From the NCBI GenBank assembly GCA_963675665.1, contig OY776510.1, positions 4,544,001-4,608,000 on the forward strand: a stretch of DNA of 64,000 bases, written 5' to 3'. Position 1 is the first letter of the stretch; each line of letters starts with the position of its first letter. Made by a program: the position numbers and the translations under genes. Positions 19,008 to 29,775 of the stretch are shown piece by piece. The notes beneath the pieces were generated by a model. The model was given only the letters and a program-made list of their open reading frames with translations. It made no database searches and had not been told where the DNA came from. The stretch is from Spirochaetia bacterium (GTDB lineage Bacteria; Spirochaetota; Spirochaetia; UBA9216).

Positions 19008-20477
19008 ATGTATACAGGAAGAGGTTTTGAGCGGTCGGAACTCGGTGATATAGATATAATTAAACACAACGGAATGCTGCATCTTTTTCATCTGGTTCTG
19101 CCCAACCATGATTATATTGCCCACGCGGTAAGCAGAGACGGGTTTCTATGGAAAAGAGTCAAGAACCCGCTTTTCATAGGCGAACCCGGAGACTGGGACG
19201 ACGACATGCTGTGGACCATGCATATAAGCCCCGATCCCGACGGGCCGGCCGCATTCAGAATGTTCTATACGGGTCTGTCAAGAAAAGAAGACGGTAAAAT
19301 CCAGAGAATAGGCCTGGCAAGGTCGAATGATCTGTACCATTGGGAAAAAGTATCTTCAGCCAACTACCCCCTTTCAATCAGCGGCCCTTATTATGAAGAG
19401 CATATTAACGAAGGGCGGAGCTGGGTGAGCTGCCGGGATCCCTTCTTTTTTCACGAAAAGAACAGGAGGCTGCTGCTTGTAAACGCCAGGGTCCCTGACG
19501 GGCCTGTTGCGAGGAGGGGCTGCATAGGTCTTGCCGAGGAAACGGAGCCGGACGTGTTTCAGTGGAGAAAACCTCTTTTTTTCCCAAGGATGTACGATGA
19601 TGTGGAAGTTCCCAGCCTGAATAAGATCGGTAAAAGATACTACCTGCTCGGCAATATCAAGGAAGACGTGAAAGTACATTACTGGTATTCAAACTCGCTT
19701 GATGAGGATTTCGAGGCCTTCACTTCCAATGTACTGCTGCCGAAAGGAAATTATGCCGCACGGATACTGCCTTCCGAAAGCGGCTATCTTGTTTGGAACT
19801 TTTTTAACAGTAATTCGGCGCCCGTTAAGATACTGCCGCCGCCGACGGAACTTGTAGTTAACAGCAACGGACAGCTTTCACTGAAAAGCTATCGGCGATT
19901 CAGCGAAAAGGTCCGCGGAAGCATCAGCGAAAAAGATCTGTTTCCGGTTAAAAAACTTTTAAAAAACCCGACGGCAAAAATTACTAACACAAGCAGCGGA
20001 ATAAATATGGAGACCGTAAGCGGTTATGAACTGTTCATACTCAATGAGAAAGCAAAAGATTTCAGGCTGAAATACCACATATCTTTCAGCGGCCCGGGAA
20101 AGACAGGCCTTGTGTTCCGGTCCGACAGTGAAGCAAACGGACACTATATCAGCCTGGATCTGATTGCAGGGCTTGCCCAGGCCAGGATCTGGGGCGTCAG
20201 GGAAGGCGGAGGAATAGAAAATACGTTTCGTTATGATATTATTCAAAGCAATCATTTTTTCTCCAATACCGAGAAATCCTATGAAGTGGAGCTGGTAACG
20301 TTCGGCGGTTATATAGAGTTATCAATAAACGGAATAATCATACTTCGCTATGTAGAAACCATGTATATTGAACAGGAACTACTGGGATTTTATGTTGAGA
20401 GCGCGGGAATACATGTTAAAAACCTGAAAATGGAAATTCTGGACGGACCGCAGGAAGAAGATCATCAGCTGTTTTAA
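19008..20477 (+). CDS. Glycoside hydrolase family 32-like (beta-fructofuranosidase/invertase)
   Basis: N-terminal nucleophile Asp (ELGDID), HAVS.D...W, CRDP, VEVP; C-terminal beta-sandwich; no signal peptide. Confidence 0.75.
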   Translation: MYTGRGFERSELGDIDIIKHNGMLHLFHLVLPNHDYIAHAVSRDGFLWKRVKNPLFIGEPGDWDDDMLWTMHISPDPDGPAAFRMFYTGLSRKEDGKIQRIGLARSNDLYHWEKVSSANYPLSISGPYYEEHINEGRSWVSCRDPFFFHEKNRRLLLVNARVPDGPVARRGCIGLAEETEPDVFQWRKPLFFPRMYDDVEVPSLNKIGKRYYLLGNIKEDVKVHYWYSNSLDEDFEAFTSNVLLPKGNYAARILPSESGYLVWNFFNSNSAPVKILPPPTELVVNSNGQLSLKSYRRFSEKVRGSISEKDLFPVKKLLKNPTAKITNTSSGINMETVSGYELFILNEKAKDFRLKYHISFSGPGKTGLVFRSDSEANGHYISLDLIAGLAQARIWGVREGGGIENTFRYDIIQSNHFFSNTEKSYEVELVTFGGYIELSINGIIILRYVETMYIEQELLGFYVESAGIHVKNLKMEILDGPQEEDHQLF

Positions 20478-20479
20478 AA

Positions 20480-23400
20480 TCAGTTATCCAGCAAATCTAT
20501 TACCCTCAGACCGTTGTTTGTATCGCCCACCGAATCGGTTACATACGCCCAGGTGCCCCTGACCGCGATGTTCATTGCATTTACCGGGGAGGTTATATAT
20601 GAAGGGGTACCGGGACTTGACGCGTTTGAAACGTCAATAACTGCAATGCCTTCCGAAGAATCCGCCACGTATGCATAGGAACCGACTACTGTAATGCCGT
20701 AAGCATATCCGTCGGTATCGACAGTAGCTCTCGTAACCGGGCTTTCCGGATCTGAAATGTCGATAATCGTTATGCCGTCCGAACCGCGGCAGACATAGGC
20801 ATGGGAACCGGCAACGTCCACCGCACAGACGTAAGAAAATGATACATATACCGGAGTACCCGGGCTGTCCAGGTCGGATATGTCGATAATCGCCAGCCCC
20901 TGGTTGCCGTCCGCTACGTACAGGCAGTCTTTATACATTGACACGTCAACGGCGTTTCCGTTTGTATCGATATATTGGGTCACTACCGGATTCGAGGGGT
21001 CGGCTACATCGATGACGGCGACGCCTTCACCCGAGGCGGCGACAAATGCATAAGGCCCGGCAACGGTTATTCCCTGCGCTGTTCCGTCGGTGGCAACGCT
21101 TCCTTCCGGCACGGGTGCGGTCGGGTTTTCTATATCATAGATCTCAAGGCCGGTGTTGCTGGAAACATATAAAAAATGGTCCTGTATCACAAGATTATTT
21201 GAATAATTTACTGCCGAAAAAAGCTGGGCGGAACCCGGCGATGCCGGACTGCCAATATCTATAATTCCGATATTGTAACCCGCCGCGACATAGGCATATG
21301 AATCTGATAACGCAACGTCGGTGGCATCTGTGGTATTTCTGTAGGAACTTGCCCCTCCGGTCCCTGGACGGGAGATGTCAAGGACAGCTACTCCCCCGTC
21401 ATTGTCCCCTACAACGACGAAGGAACCCGAGGCATCGATGCCCATGGCATAAACAGGTGTATCATGATAATAAGGAGTTCCGGGGCTTGTCGGGGTAGAA
21501 ACGTCTATAACCGCTATTCCGTCGACGGTATTCGTCACATAGGCCGTATCGTCATAAACAACAACATCATGTACCTGGCGGGCCGTGTTAACCTGCAAAG
21601 CAGTTCCCGGGTTTGCGGGGTTGACTACATAAAGGATTGACAGGTACCCGTAATCATCCGCCACGTAGGCGTAATCTTCATATACAAACACATCCAGGGC
21701 CGAGTCGTACGTAGGCTCGTAGTAAGGCCCCTGAAGGTCTGCCGGATTTGAAATATTCACCGTGGCCAGGCCGTCATCATCACAGGCCAGGTAGGCGTAC
21801 GATCCGCTTACCATTATTCCGAGAGCATCATCCGTAGTCTCCAATTGATTATAAAACTCCGGGTCCGCCGGGTTTAAAACATCCATAACAACCAGCCCGT
21901 AGTCCGTAGCCAGGTAGGCGTAGCGGCCTTCTACCCAGACATCGTTGGCCCCTAAATAACCGGCATCGAGGGCTTCGTGGACCGGCTCTCCGGGATTTGC
22001 AGGGTTGGACACATTCACGACGCACAACCCTTCGGGGTCGGTGCCCCCGCCGGTGTAGGCTATATAAACATAGTCATCCTTTACAAAAAGCCCCCCGGCA
22101 AAACGGTCGTAGGCCGGCCCTTCACCGATATCGATGTACACCGGTTCGCCCGGATTTGCCGGATCGGATATGTCGATAATCGCCACACCATCCGACCATA
22201 CGCAAACATAGGCGTAATCATCATGGATGACGAGTTTTTTGGCCTGGCCGGTAGTAGGTGTAATTGAATTAATATATTCGTTTGCTCCGGGGAAAAACCC
22301 GGGCGCGGCAAAACAGTATTCACTTGCTATTTCGCTAAAGGCGGAAGGATACACGCGATAGTAGTATTCATTGTCGCGGCTTACACTGGTATCGGAAAAA
22401 TCGGTGTAGATGGTGTGCCTTCGCACTTCCCAGGGACCGCCTGGAGAAAGGGCGCGTTCCACAGTGTATTTTGAGACAAGGGGATTATCCCGCCACTGAA
22501 TTGAAATTGTATTGTACCCGGCGTCCATGATCATTGGAGCAAGATCACGGGGACTGAGGGGCATCTTTTCCACTTCTTGTGAAACAGCGTCGGACCCGTA
22601 GCCGATCTGCATGTGGGCGGTAAGCTGGAAGGCGTAGGTCTCCCCGTTTTCAAGACCGTCCCACGTATAAGGGCTTGTCAGGTCGTCTCGCGACTCCCCG
22701 TAATAATTGGATTCGAAAACGGAATAGGACTCGGCAAAGGGAACCGGGTCCCAGGAAATAACAACCTGGCCGTTTCCGGGAACAACAGTGTATCCGGAGA
22801 TGTCGCCTCCCCCTTCCGGTTTTACAATTGTAATAACCGCAGTTGTCGTGTTGCCGTTTAAATCCGACGCGGTAATCTCGATGGTCCTGCTTCCGTCCAG
22901 GGCGGATACGTCTATAGTCGAATAAAATTCCCCGGTGCCGGAGTCAAGGGGCAGAGTCCCGAAAATATTGGTGCCCGGCATTGCATAGGATATTTCGGGA
23001 TCGACCTCGGAGGTGGAAGTATCGCCGGCCGAGTTGGTTACCTGACCCGCAAGTTCGATAACCGTTGCGTATTCGCTGTAATCGCCGGGCGATGTAACCA
23101 CGACACACGGTCCGTCCGTATCCGGCACAATTGTAATCGAGATTTCGGCTGTGTTGCCGTTAACGTCCGTAGCATAAATGACGACGGTTATCTGATTATC
23201 GTAGGCCGCTGTGGCTATGTTAAAAGCGAAGGCGCCGTTTTCATCCAGCGTAATCGATGTTATCTCCGGGTTTTCATCCATGATATCGTAACCGACGTAA
23301 TCGATAAACTCGGCCGCAGCGCCTGCTCTCGCCTCCCCGGTATTGTCACGGTCGCGGATAGTCCCCGCCAGGATAACCGTCGATTCGAATTTAGAACCGG

Positions 23401-23569
23401 GAAGAGGAGTGTTTATGGTTATCTCCGGGGGTTCGAGGTCTTTTAAAACTGATAATTTATCGAGATCAAAGGGCGCCGGACAGGATGTCAGAAGGAGGCA
23501 AAAGAGACATGTCGAAAGGAAACGAACAATATACTTCATGGATAAGCTCACATATATAAATTTTTTCAT
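20480..23569 (-). CDS. Large lipoprotein: Ig-like + FN3 + LVIVD beta-propeller repeats
   Basis: Lipobox LLLTSC; FN3 (PGNGQVVISWDPV..Y..GLENGETYAF); many YAYVA..G.A(V/I)ID(V/I)S.P..P repeats. Confidence 0.8.
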   Translation of the reverse strand: MKKFIYVSLSMKYIVRFLSTCLFCLLLTSCPAPFDLDKLSVLKDLEPPEITINTPLPGSKFESTVILAGTIRDRDNTGEARAGAAAEFIDYVGYDIMDENPEITSITLDENGAFAFNIATAAYDNQITVVIYATDVNGNTAEISITIVPDTDGPCVVVTSPGDYSEYATVIELAGQVTNSAGDTSTSEVDPEISYAMPGTNIFGTLPLDSGTGEFYSTIDVSALDGSRTIEITASDLNGNTTTAVITIVKPEGGGDISGYTVVPGNGQVVISWDPVPFAESYSVFESNYYGESRDDLTSPYTWDGLENGETYAFQLTAHMQIGYGSDAVSQEVEKMPLSPRDLAPMIMDAGYNTISIQWRDNPLVSKYTVERALSPGGPWEVRRHTIYTDFSDTSVSRDNEYYYRVYPSAFSEIASEYCFAAPGFFPGANEYINSITPTTGQAKKLVIHDDYAYVCVWSDGVAIIDISDPANPGEPVYIDIGEGPAYDRFAGGLFVKDDYVYIAYTGGGTDPEGLCVVNVSNPANPGEPVHEALDAGYLGANDVWVEGRYAYLATDYGLVVMDVLNPADPEFYNQLETTDDALGIMVSGSYAYLACDDDGLATVNISNPADLQGPYYEPTYDSALDVFVYEDYAYVADDYGYLSILYVVNPANPGTALQVNTARQVHDVVVYDDTAYVTNTVDGIAVIDVSTPTSPGTPYYHDTPVYAMGIDASGSFVVVGDNDGGVAVLDISRPGTGGASSYRNTTDATDVALSDSYAYVAAGYNIGIIDIGSPASPGSAQLFSAVNYSNNLVIQDHFLYVSSNTGLEIYDIENPTAPVPEGSVATDGTAQGITVAGPYAFVAASGEGVAVIDVADPSNPVVTQYIDTNGNAVDVSMYKDCLYVADGNQGLAIIDISDLDSPGTPVYVSFSYVCAVDVAGSHAYVCRGSDGITIIDISDPESPVTRATVDTDGYAYGITVVGSYAYVADSSEGIAVIDVSNASSPGTPSYITSPVNAMNIAVRGTWAYVTDSVGDTNNGLRVIDLLDN

Positions 23570-23648
23570 ATGATGCCGTTCCAGGATGTGCTAATAACTA
23601 TTATAGCCCGATTGACAGGATTTTCAATAAAACATTATCCGGCGGTCA

Positions 23649-24806
23649 TTATCTGAATGTATTTCCCAGCCAGCGGATAAAATCCGGAACACTGGGCTCA
23701 ATAGCATCCCAGTTATGGCGCCCGCCTGAAATAATGTTTTCCTCGGGTTCAACAATTCCTCCTGACTGCCGAATCATTGGAAGAACTACTTTCTGATGAT
23801 CATCAAAGTTGAAATCGTCTTTTGAGCCGGTCAGAATAAAAAAACGGGAACCCGCAAGATCCGGATTAACCGTCCGCAGAATATCCGCAGGATTAACTTC
23901 TTTCATCCTCCGCCATACCGGAAGGTCTTCTTTCCAGACTTCTCCGGGAACAGAATCACTGTCAAATACAGGGTAGTAGCACCATTTCTCCGTCAATCCG
24001 AGAACGCCGGCGCCCGCAGCCTTGTTCACAATGCGAAGGGAGTTGTCGCCTGCAACAGCTTTATATTTTTCAGCCCGGTAGGGCTTAAGACGGTTTCTTC
24101 CGATTGCGTAGCGGAGATCCAGCGCAGGATAAAACATCGCTGCGTTCCTGAAACGCTCCGGGTATTTCAGGGCGTAATACGCAGCGCCGAACCCGCCCAT
24201 GGAGGATCCCCCAATGACAGTATTTTGGGGATCATCGCTGATTCGGGCTATAGTCCGTACAAAAGCAGGCAGATCCTCCATCATGAAGTCTTGATATCCA
24301 GTTCTATTACTGTTTATATACCAGCATCCGCCACGCTCGTCTGTCGGTGTGTCCGGATCATCCGTACCGTTGCCGCTAAGAGTACCGTCAGGCATCACTA
24401 CTACCAGAGGATGCAACTCTCCGCTGATTACGGCCTTCTCTATTGCGGGAATAAGATTTTCAACCCAGAAGATCGGGCGGGCGGCAAATCCGTGCAGGAG
24501 ATACAATACAGGATAGACTGTATTATAATTAAACCCCGGAGGCGTATAAATCAGAACAGTGCGTCCCCTGCCGGAAACCGCTTCGACGGGAGCTTTCAGT
24601 ATTGTCGTATTTTCACCGCTGACAGGGATATCTCCGTCTGCTGCGCATACATACAGCATGCCCTTGCCGTTATAGGATATCTGAACAGGATCATGAAAGG
24701 CTTTTTTATTTGAGAATGAAACCGGCAGCGGGAAAGGGAGCATTATAATTATCAGGATAATAGCCGGCAGAACGGCAGCAATGGTAATAAACAGTTTCCG
24801 ATTCAT
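23649..24806 (-). CDS. Esterase (alpha/beta hydrolase, PF00756-like), N-terminal membrane anchor
   Basis: YTPPG..YPVLYLLHG, VVVMPD, GGSSMGGFGA (GxSxG), GRHNW. Confidence 0.8.
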   Translation of the reverse strand: MNRKLFITIAAVLPAIILIIIMLPFPLPVSFSNKKAFHDPVQISYNGKGMLYVCAADGDIPVSGENTTILKAPVEAVSGRGRTVLIYTPPGFNYNTVYPVLYLLHGFAARPIFWVENLIPAIEKAVISGELHPLVVVMPDGTLSGNGTDDPDTPTDERGGCWYINSNRTGYQDFMMEDLPAFVRTIARISDDPQNTVIGGSSMGGFGAAYYALKYPERFRNAAMFYPALDLRYAIGRNRLKPYRAEKYKAVAGDNSLRIVNKAAGAGVLGLTEKWCYYPVFDSDSVPGEVWKEDLPVWRRMKEVNPADILRTVNPDLAGSRFFILTGSKDDFNFDDHQKVVLPMIRQSGGIVEPEENIISGGRHNWDAIEPSVPDFIRWLGNTFR

Positions 24807-24934
24807 GACGGATATTATATACCATAATAAAAGTTATTTTAGTATAAAATCATCCATTGCTTTGGTTTATCCGGCCACTTACAAACCTGACTATCCTTTT
24901 TTTTAAAATGCTTATCTGCAGAAAAGGTTTTCCA

Positions 24935-27900
24935 CTAACTGTCCAGAAGATCCAGAATTGCCAATCCGCCTGAGCCACAGGAAATATAGGCGTATCTTCC
25001 TGATACAAAAATATCCGTAACTTGAGAATTTGTATTTAAATATACTGGCGTACCCGGGTTTAAAGGATCTGATACATCAACTACTGCAAGTCCGGCTGTT
25101 TTCAGTCCGATATACGCATAACCGCTTGAGACCTCGATAACCAGAGGATTTCCGGTAAGTGCAACCGGAGTATGAGAAACCGGAGTCAATGGGTCCGATA
25201 CATCAATTACAATCAGGCCGTTGGAATAATCACCTGCATAAATATAATTACCTGCAACATCCACACATCCGGCAGAGGATGGAGTATCTACATAAAAAGG
25301 CGTTCCAGGATTTTCAGGGTCTGAAATATCAATAATTGCAATACCGCTGTCGCAGTCGGCTATATAAGCATAACCTTCGGAGGTGACAATATCTGAAGCC
25401 CAATATTGTGTGTCGATGAAATACGGTGCGGATGGAGAAGCGGGCTCTGAAATATCTATGATCGACATTCCGTATTCATCCTCAGCGCCGAAGACATAAC
25501 CTCCGCAAACATTAAGATCTGTCGGATAATAGGTGCCGACAGAACCGATTTGAAGCGGTTCTGTCGTTTTTGAAATATCAACTATAACCAAACCGTGCGT
25601 ATTTGAGGTACGCGCAATATATGCATTATCTCCGGAAATGGCGATACTATGCAAATCAGTACTCCAACTGCCGTATAAATCAATACTGCCTTTTATTGCA
25701 GGAAAAAAAGGGTCTGAAGCTGCATATATATACAGCATTGAGTCGTATATCACATAATAGTGGTCATTATTATAAGCCAGGCTTCCGGAACAGGGTATTT
25801 CAGCAGGATAATAAGGTGTATTATCAAGTCTTGGCAGCGAGATAGTATAAACTTCAAGACCTGCATGACTGGATGCGGTATAAATATAATCACCGTAAAC
25901 ATAAATATCTTCGACCCATTCTTCAGCAGTCAGCTGCCGGACTACAACCGGAGAGGACGGATCGTTAACATCAATTATTTCCAAACCTTCAGAAGTTTCA
26001 GCTACTATAGCATAACCCTGACTTAAACCTACGCTTACAGGCGCGGCGGATGTTGATATTAGTTTCGGGGTGCCCGGTGATAAAGGATTAGAAATGTCTA
26101 CTATGGCCAATCCGGAAGAAAAAGTAGAGATATACGCATAATCGTCTGAAATAGTAATATCCGTTCCCCCCGGAGCCTCGTCGATATAAACCGGTTCTCC
26201 CGGGTTTGCCGGGTTCTGAACATCAACTATCGCAGTACCGCTGGAATCTACCACAAATGCATACCCATTATAAACCTCAACATCCCGCACATTACCGTCC
26301 GTTACTACCTGGTCCGGAACACCCGGGCTTTCCGGATTTGTAATATCAATAATTGCCAGACCGTAATTATAGCAGGCAGCATATACATGTGTACCGTCAA
26401 CAGCGAGATCCCATACTGATCCTATATCTTGAATATAAGACGGAGTTCCGGGCTTCTCCGGATCAGAGACATTAATTATCGCCAAACTGTATTGATCTGC
26501 TATAAAAGCATAATTTTGTGAAACTCTGACATTCCATGCAACCCCATCTGTATCGACAGAGACTGGATTGCCCGGGTTTAGCGGATCTGAAATATCGATA
26601 ATAGATAAACCGTTCAGATTATCCGCAATATAAGCATAATCGTCAACGATACAGAGACCTCTGGCATAGTCGGATGTTTCCCTGCCGATTATAAACTTGC
26701 AGGCGAATCTTCCAGCTGCTCCTTCAGCAAAGGTACTTGGAATATCCGTATAATTCGAAGGAGTAATACGATAGTAATATTTTGTATCAAGCGCTACCCT
26801 GTCGTCGGTAAAAATATTGTCGACAAGATTTCTTCTTATTGTCCAGGGCCCGTCAGAATTCAAACTTCGTTCTACGATGTAAGAAGAAATATTTGGGTTC
26901 TTTTGCCATTCTATAGTAATCGATTTATAATCCGTTTTTATTATCCAGGGGGCCAGACTTTGCTCGCTTAACGGCATCTTTGATATCTGGGCCGATACAG
27001 GATCCTGCCCCATCCCGTCCGGTAGATGCGCTGTTAATTGAAAGCGATATACTTCCCCGTTTTCCAATCCTTTCCAGACAAAAGGGCTTTGAACATTGCT
27101 TTCTGTTAATCCGTAGGATGCTTCAAAAAGTGTATAAGATTCAGCATACGGTACATCTGTCCAGCTTATAATCGCCTGTTTATTTCCAGGTGTGACTGTA
27201 AAATCAGAAATATCGCCGCCTATCACGGGTTTGATGATATTGATTATAATAAGTGTTTCATTTCCATTCAGATCCGTTGCGCTTACTTCCAGTATGTGAT
27301 TACCTGCAAGACTGGATACATCAATAAGAGCGGAAAAATAACCGCTCGGCTGATCTATCCCGACAGTACCAAAAAGACTTGTGCCGGGTATCTGATAATT
27401 TATTACACTACTTGTCTCCGAAATGGATTCGTCTTCAGCAGAATTCTGTACAAATCCGGAAAGTTGAACAACCGTTGCATATTCGCTGTAATTGGCAGGA
27501 GAAGTTACAGCTAAAAAAGGTCCGTCCGTGTCGGGTAAAAGAACAATTTCTTTGACAGTTTCATTAGCATTTAAATCAAATGCTGATAAAATAATTGTTA
27601 TCTGCTCGGTATATTCTGCAGTTGGGATAGTGAAATTGAAACTGCCGTCTTCGGCAACATCAATTTTTTCGGGTTCTTCCTGTTTATCTTTGATGATAAA
27701 CGAAAAATCAGTTAAATGGTCAGCGGCAGGTTTATCCCTCTTATTTCCCTGACTGTCCACATCATATACTTCACCGGAGAATGTAATACTGGACTCGAAT
27801 TTCAGATTGCTTTTCGGACTGAAAAGTATTATTGAAGGAGGATTCAAATCCTGTAGAACGGACAACGTGTCCGATGTCAGCGGATTGGGGCATCCCTGCA

Positions 27901-27952
27901 AAATAATTATTCCGCAGAATAAAACAGAAAAAGGTGTAATTATTTTCTTCAT
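24935..27952 (-). CDS. Large lipoprotein: Ig-like + FN3 + LVIVD repeats (paralogue of 20480-23569)
   Basis: Lipobox IILQGC; shared blocks PDTDGP...VTSP..YSEYATV and GGDIS..TV.PGN; LVIVD repeats. Confidence 0.8.
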   Translation of the reverse strand: MKKIITPFSVLFCGIIILQGCPNPLTSDTLSVLQDLNPPSIILFSPKSNLKFESSITFSGEVYDVDSQGNKRDKPAADHLTDFSFIIKDKQEEPEKIDVAEDGSFNFTIPTAEYTEQITIILSAFDLNANETVKEIVLLPDTDGPFLAVTSPANYSEYATVVQLSGFVQNSAEDESISETSSVINYQIPGTSLFGTVGIDQPSGYFSALIDVSSLAGNHILEVSATDLNGNETLIIINIIKPVIGGDISDFTVTPGNKQAIISWTDVPYAESYTLFEASYGLTESNVQSPFVWKGLENGEVYRFQLTAHLPDGMGQDPVSAQISKMPLSEQSLAPWIIKTDYKSITIEWQKNPNISSYIVERSLNSDGPWTIRRNLVDNIFTDDRVALDTKYYYRITPSNYTDIPSTFAEGAAGRFACKFIIGRETSDYARGLCIVDDYAYIADNLNGLSIIDISDPLNPGNPVSVDTDGVAWNVRVSQNYAFIADQYSLAIINVSDPEKPGTPSYIQDIGSVWDLAVDGTHVYAACYNYGLAIIDITNPESPGVPDQVVTDGNVRDVEVYNGYAFVVDSSGTAIVDVQNPANPGEPVYIDEAPGGTDITISDDYAYISTFSSGLAIVDISNPLSPGTPKLISTSAAPVSVGLSQGYAIVAETSEGLEIIDVNDPSSPVVVRQLTAEEWVEDIYVYGDYIYTASSHAGLEVYTISLPRLDNTPYYPAEIPCSGSLAYNNDHYYVIYDSMLYIYAASDPFFPAIKGSIDLYGSWSTDLHSIAISGDNAYIARTSNTHGLVIVDISKTTEPLQIGSVGTYYPTDLNVCGGYVFGAEDEYGMSIIDISEPASPSAPYFIDTQYWASDIVTSEGYAYIADCDSGIAIIDISDPENPGTPFYVDTPSSAGCVDVAGNYIYAGDYSNGLIVIDVSDPLTPVSHTPVALTGNPLVIEVSSGYAYIGLKTAGLAVVDVSDPLNPGTPVYLNTNSQVTDIFVSGRYAYISCGSGGLAILDLLDS

Positions 27953-28221
27953 AGGCTTACTGTCTCTTAAATCATTATTATTTATAATAAATTCAGGAAA
28001 AAGTAATCAGTGTATATTATTCATTATACCTTGTATCATTTAACTTGTCAGAAAAATATTAAAATCAATTATACGGCCAGACAGGATTCAGATGAAGAAA
28101 TAAACGAAATTATGTAAACTGAGCCCTCTTTCCCCTGCAAACAAGCAATAGTAACTTTTTTTATACGCAGCGGTGTTATAATTAAGTATAGGGAAACTCC
28201 AAATATATTTTAGGAAAGCTT

Positions 28222-29775
28222 ATGGAAAAATCTATCATAATTATCGGCGGCGGTCTGACGGGACTGGCTGCGGGCTGCTATGGCAGAATGAACGGCTACC
28301 GGACAAAGATCTTTGAGATGCATGAAATCGCCGGCGGGGTATGCACCGGCTGGAAACGTAAGGGCTATACAATAGACGGCGCCATGAACTGGCTGATAGG
28401 AACAAAACCCGGCACCGATTATAACAGGATATGGCAGGAACTTGGAGCTGCTCAGAAATGGAAGGTTTATAATCATAATTATTATATAAACCTCGACGGC
28501 GCCGACGGCAACCTTATTACGGTTCCTGTTGATCCTGACCTGCTGCAGCAGAAGCTGATTGAAATTGCTCCTGAAGATGAAGTCGAAATTCGAAAATTCT
28601 GCAGAGCAGCAAAAAAGGCAGGCCGGATTGAAATGCCGGTTGATAAACCGCGCGAGCTTTATAACCTTCTTGACGCATTAAAGGCTGTAAAGATGCTTCC
28701 TTTTCTGAATTTCATGCGTAAATGGACCCGGGTTACAGCTTCCGAATACGGCGCCCGGTTTAAGAACCCGGTCCTGCGCTTGCTGTTTAATATGGGTAGT
28801 GAAGATTCTCTTTCAGAGATGCCTGCCGTAACCATGCCCATGCTTTTCGGCTGGCTCGGCAGCGGTGAAGGCGGTTATGTTATCGGCGGAGCGCTTGCGC
28901 TTGCAGGCTATATTGAGCAGCGATACCGGGAACTGGGCGGAGAACTGCATATGAGATCCAGGGTCGGCAAGATCCTGGTTGAAAACGATCGCGCAACAGG
29001 CATACGGCTTGCAGACGGAACGGAACACCGGGCCGACTGGGTTATTTCGGCTGCGGACGGCCATACGACCATATTTAAGATGCTTGACGGGAGGTACATA
29101 GACCAGAAAATCAGCAAATTCTATAAAGAGCAGCCTCTTTTCGAACCTCTTGTGTATGCCGCCTTCGGTGTTAAACGCGAATTTGATGAAATACCTGCCG
29201 CACTGAACGGATTACACCTGAGGTTTGACAAGCCGATTCCAATAGCCGGCAGGGATGAGAAAGCCTGTCAGCTTCTGATTTATAAATATGATCCTACACT
29301 TTCCGAAACAGGCAAAACTGTATTAATTGCCGAACTTTCGACGGACTACGACTACTGGGAAAAACTGTCCGTCGATCGTGAAGCTTATAAGGCTGAAAAA
29401 GAACGTATATCGGATGCGATTGCAGCGGAGCTGGAAAAACGGTTTCCGGGTTTTATTTCAAAGATTGAGATGCGTGATCTTGCAACCCCGGTAACCTGGG
29501 TCCGCTATACCGGCAACTGGCGCGGAAGTTATGAAGGCTGGATGATGACAAAAGAATCGATGATGAAATCCATGCAAAAAACACTGCCCGGTCTTGCCGG
29601 CTTTTATATGGCGGGACAGTGGGTAAATCCCGGCGGCGGGATGCCTACTGCGGTAATGTCGGGCAGACATACCGTTCAGCTGATCTGCAGTAAAGACGGA
29701 AAAAGATTCGAAGCGACCCTGCCGGAACATAAAGCGGCTCCTTTTACAAGAAGCCGCTTTATGTTCCGAGAGTAA
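28222..29775 (+). CDS. Phytoene dehydrogenase-like FAD oxidoreductase (COG1233)
   Basis: IIIIGGGLTGLAAG Rossmann motif, GGVCTGWKRKGY, ATP.T..RYT, FYMAGQW..PGGG. Confidence 0.85.
   Translation: MEKSIIIIGGGLTGLAAGCYGRMNGYRTKIFEMHEIAGGVCTGWKRKGYTIDGAMNWLIGTKPGTDYNRIWQELGAAQKWKVYNHNYYINLDGADGNLITVPVDPDLLQQKLIEIAPEDEVEIRKFCRAAKKAGRIEMPVDKPRELYNLLDALKAVKMLPFLNFMRKWTRVTASEYGARFKNPVLRLLFNMGSEDSLSEMPAVTMPMLFGWLGSGEGGYVIGGALALAGYIEQRYRELGGELHMRSRVGKILVENDRATGIRLADGTEHRADWVISAADGHTTIFKMLDGRYIDQKISKFYKEQPLFEPLVYAAFGVKREFDEIPAALNGLHLRFDKPIPIAGRDEKACQLLIYKYDPTLSETGKTVLIAELSTDYDYWEKLSVDREAYKAEKERISDAIAAELEKRFPGFISKIEMRDLATPVTWVRYTGNWRGSYEGWMMTKESMMKSMQKTLPGLAGFYMAGQWVNPGGGMPTAVMSGRHTVQLICSKDGKRFEATLPEHKAAPFTRSRFMFRE
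29723..29768. repeat. 17-bp perfect inverted repeat (terminator/REP-like) inside the 3' end of the oxidoreductase CDS
   Basis: CGGAACATAAAGCGGCT (29723-29739) and AGCCGCTTTATGTTCCG (29752-29768), between convergent genes. Confidence 0.75.
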
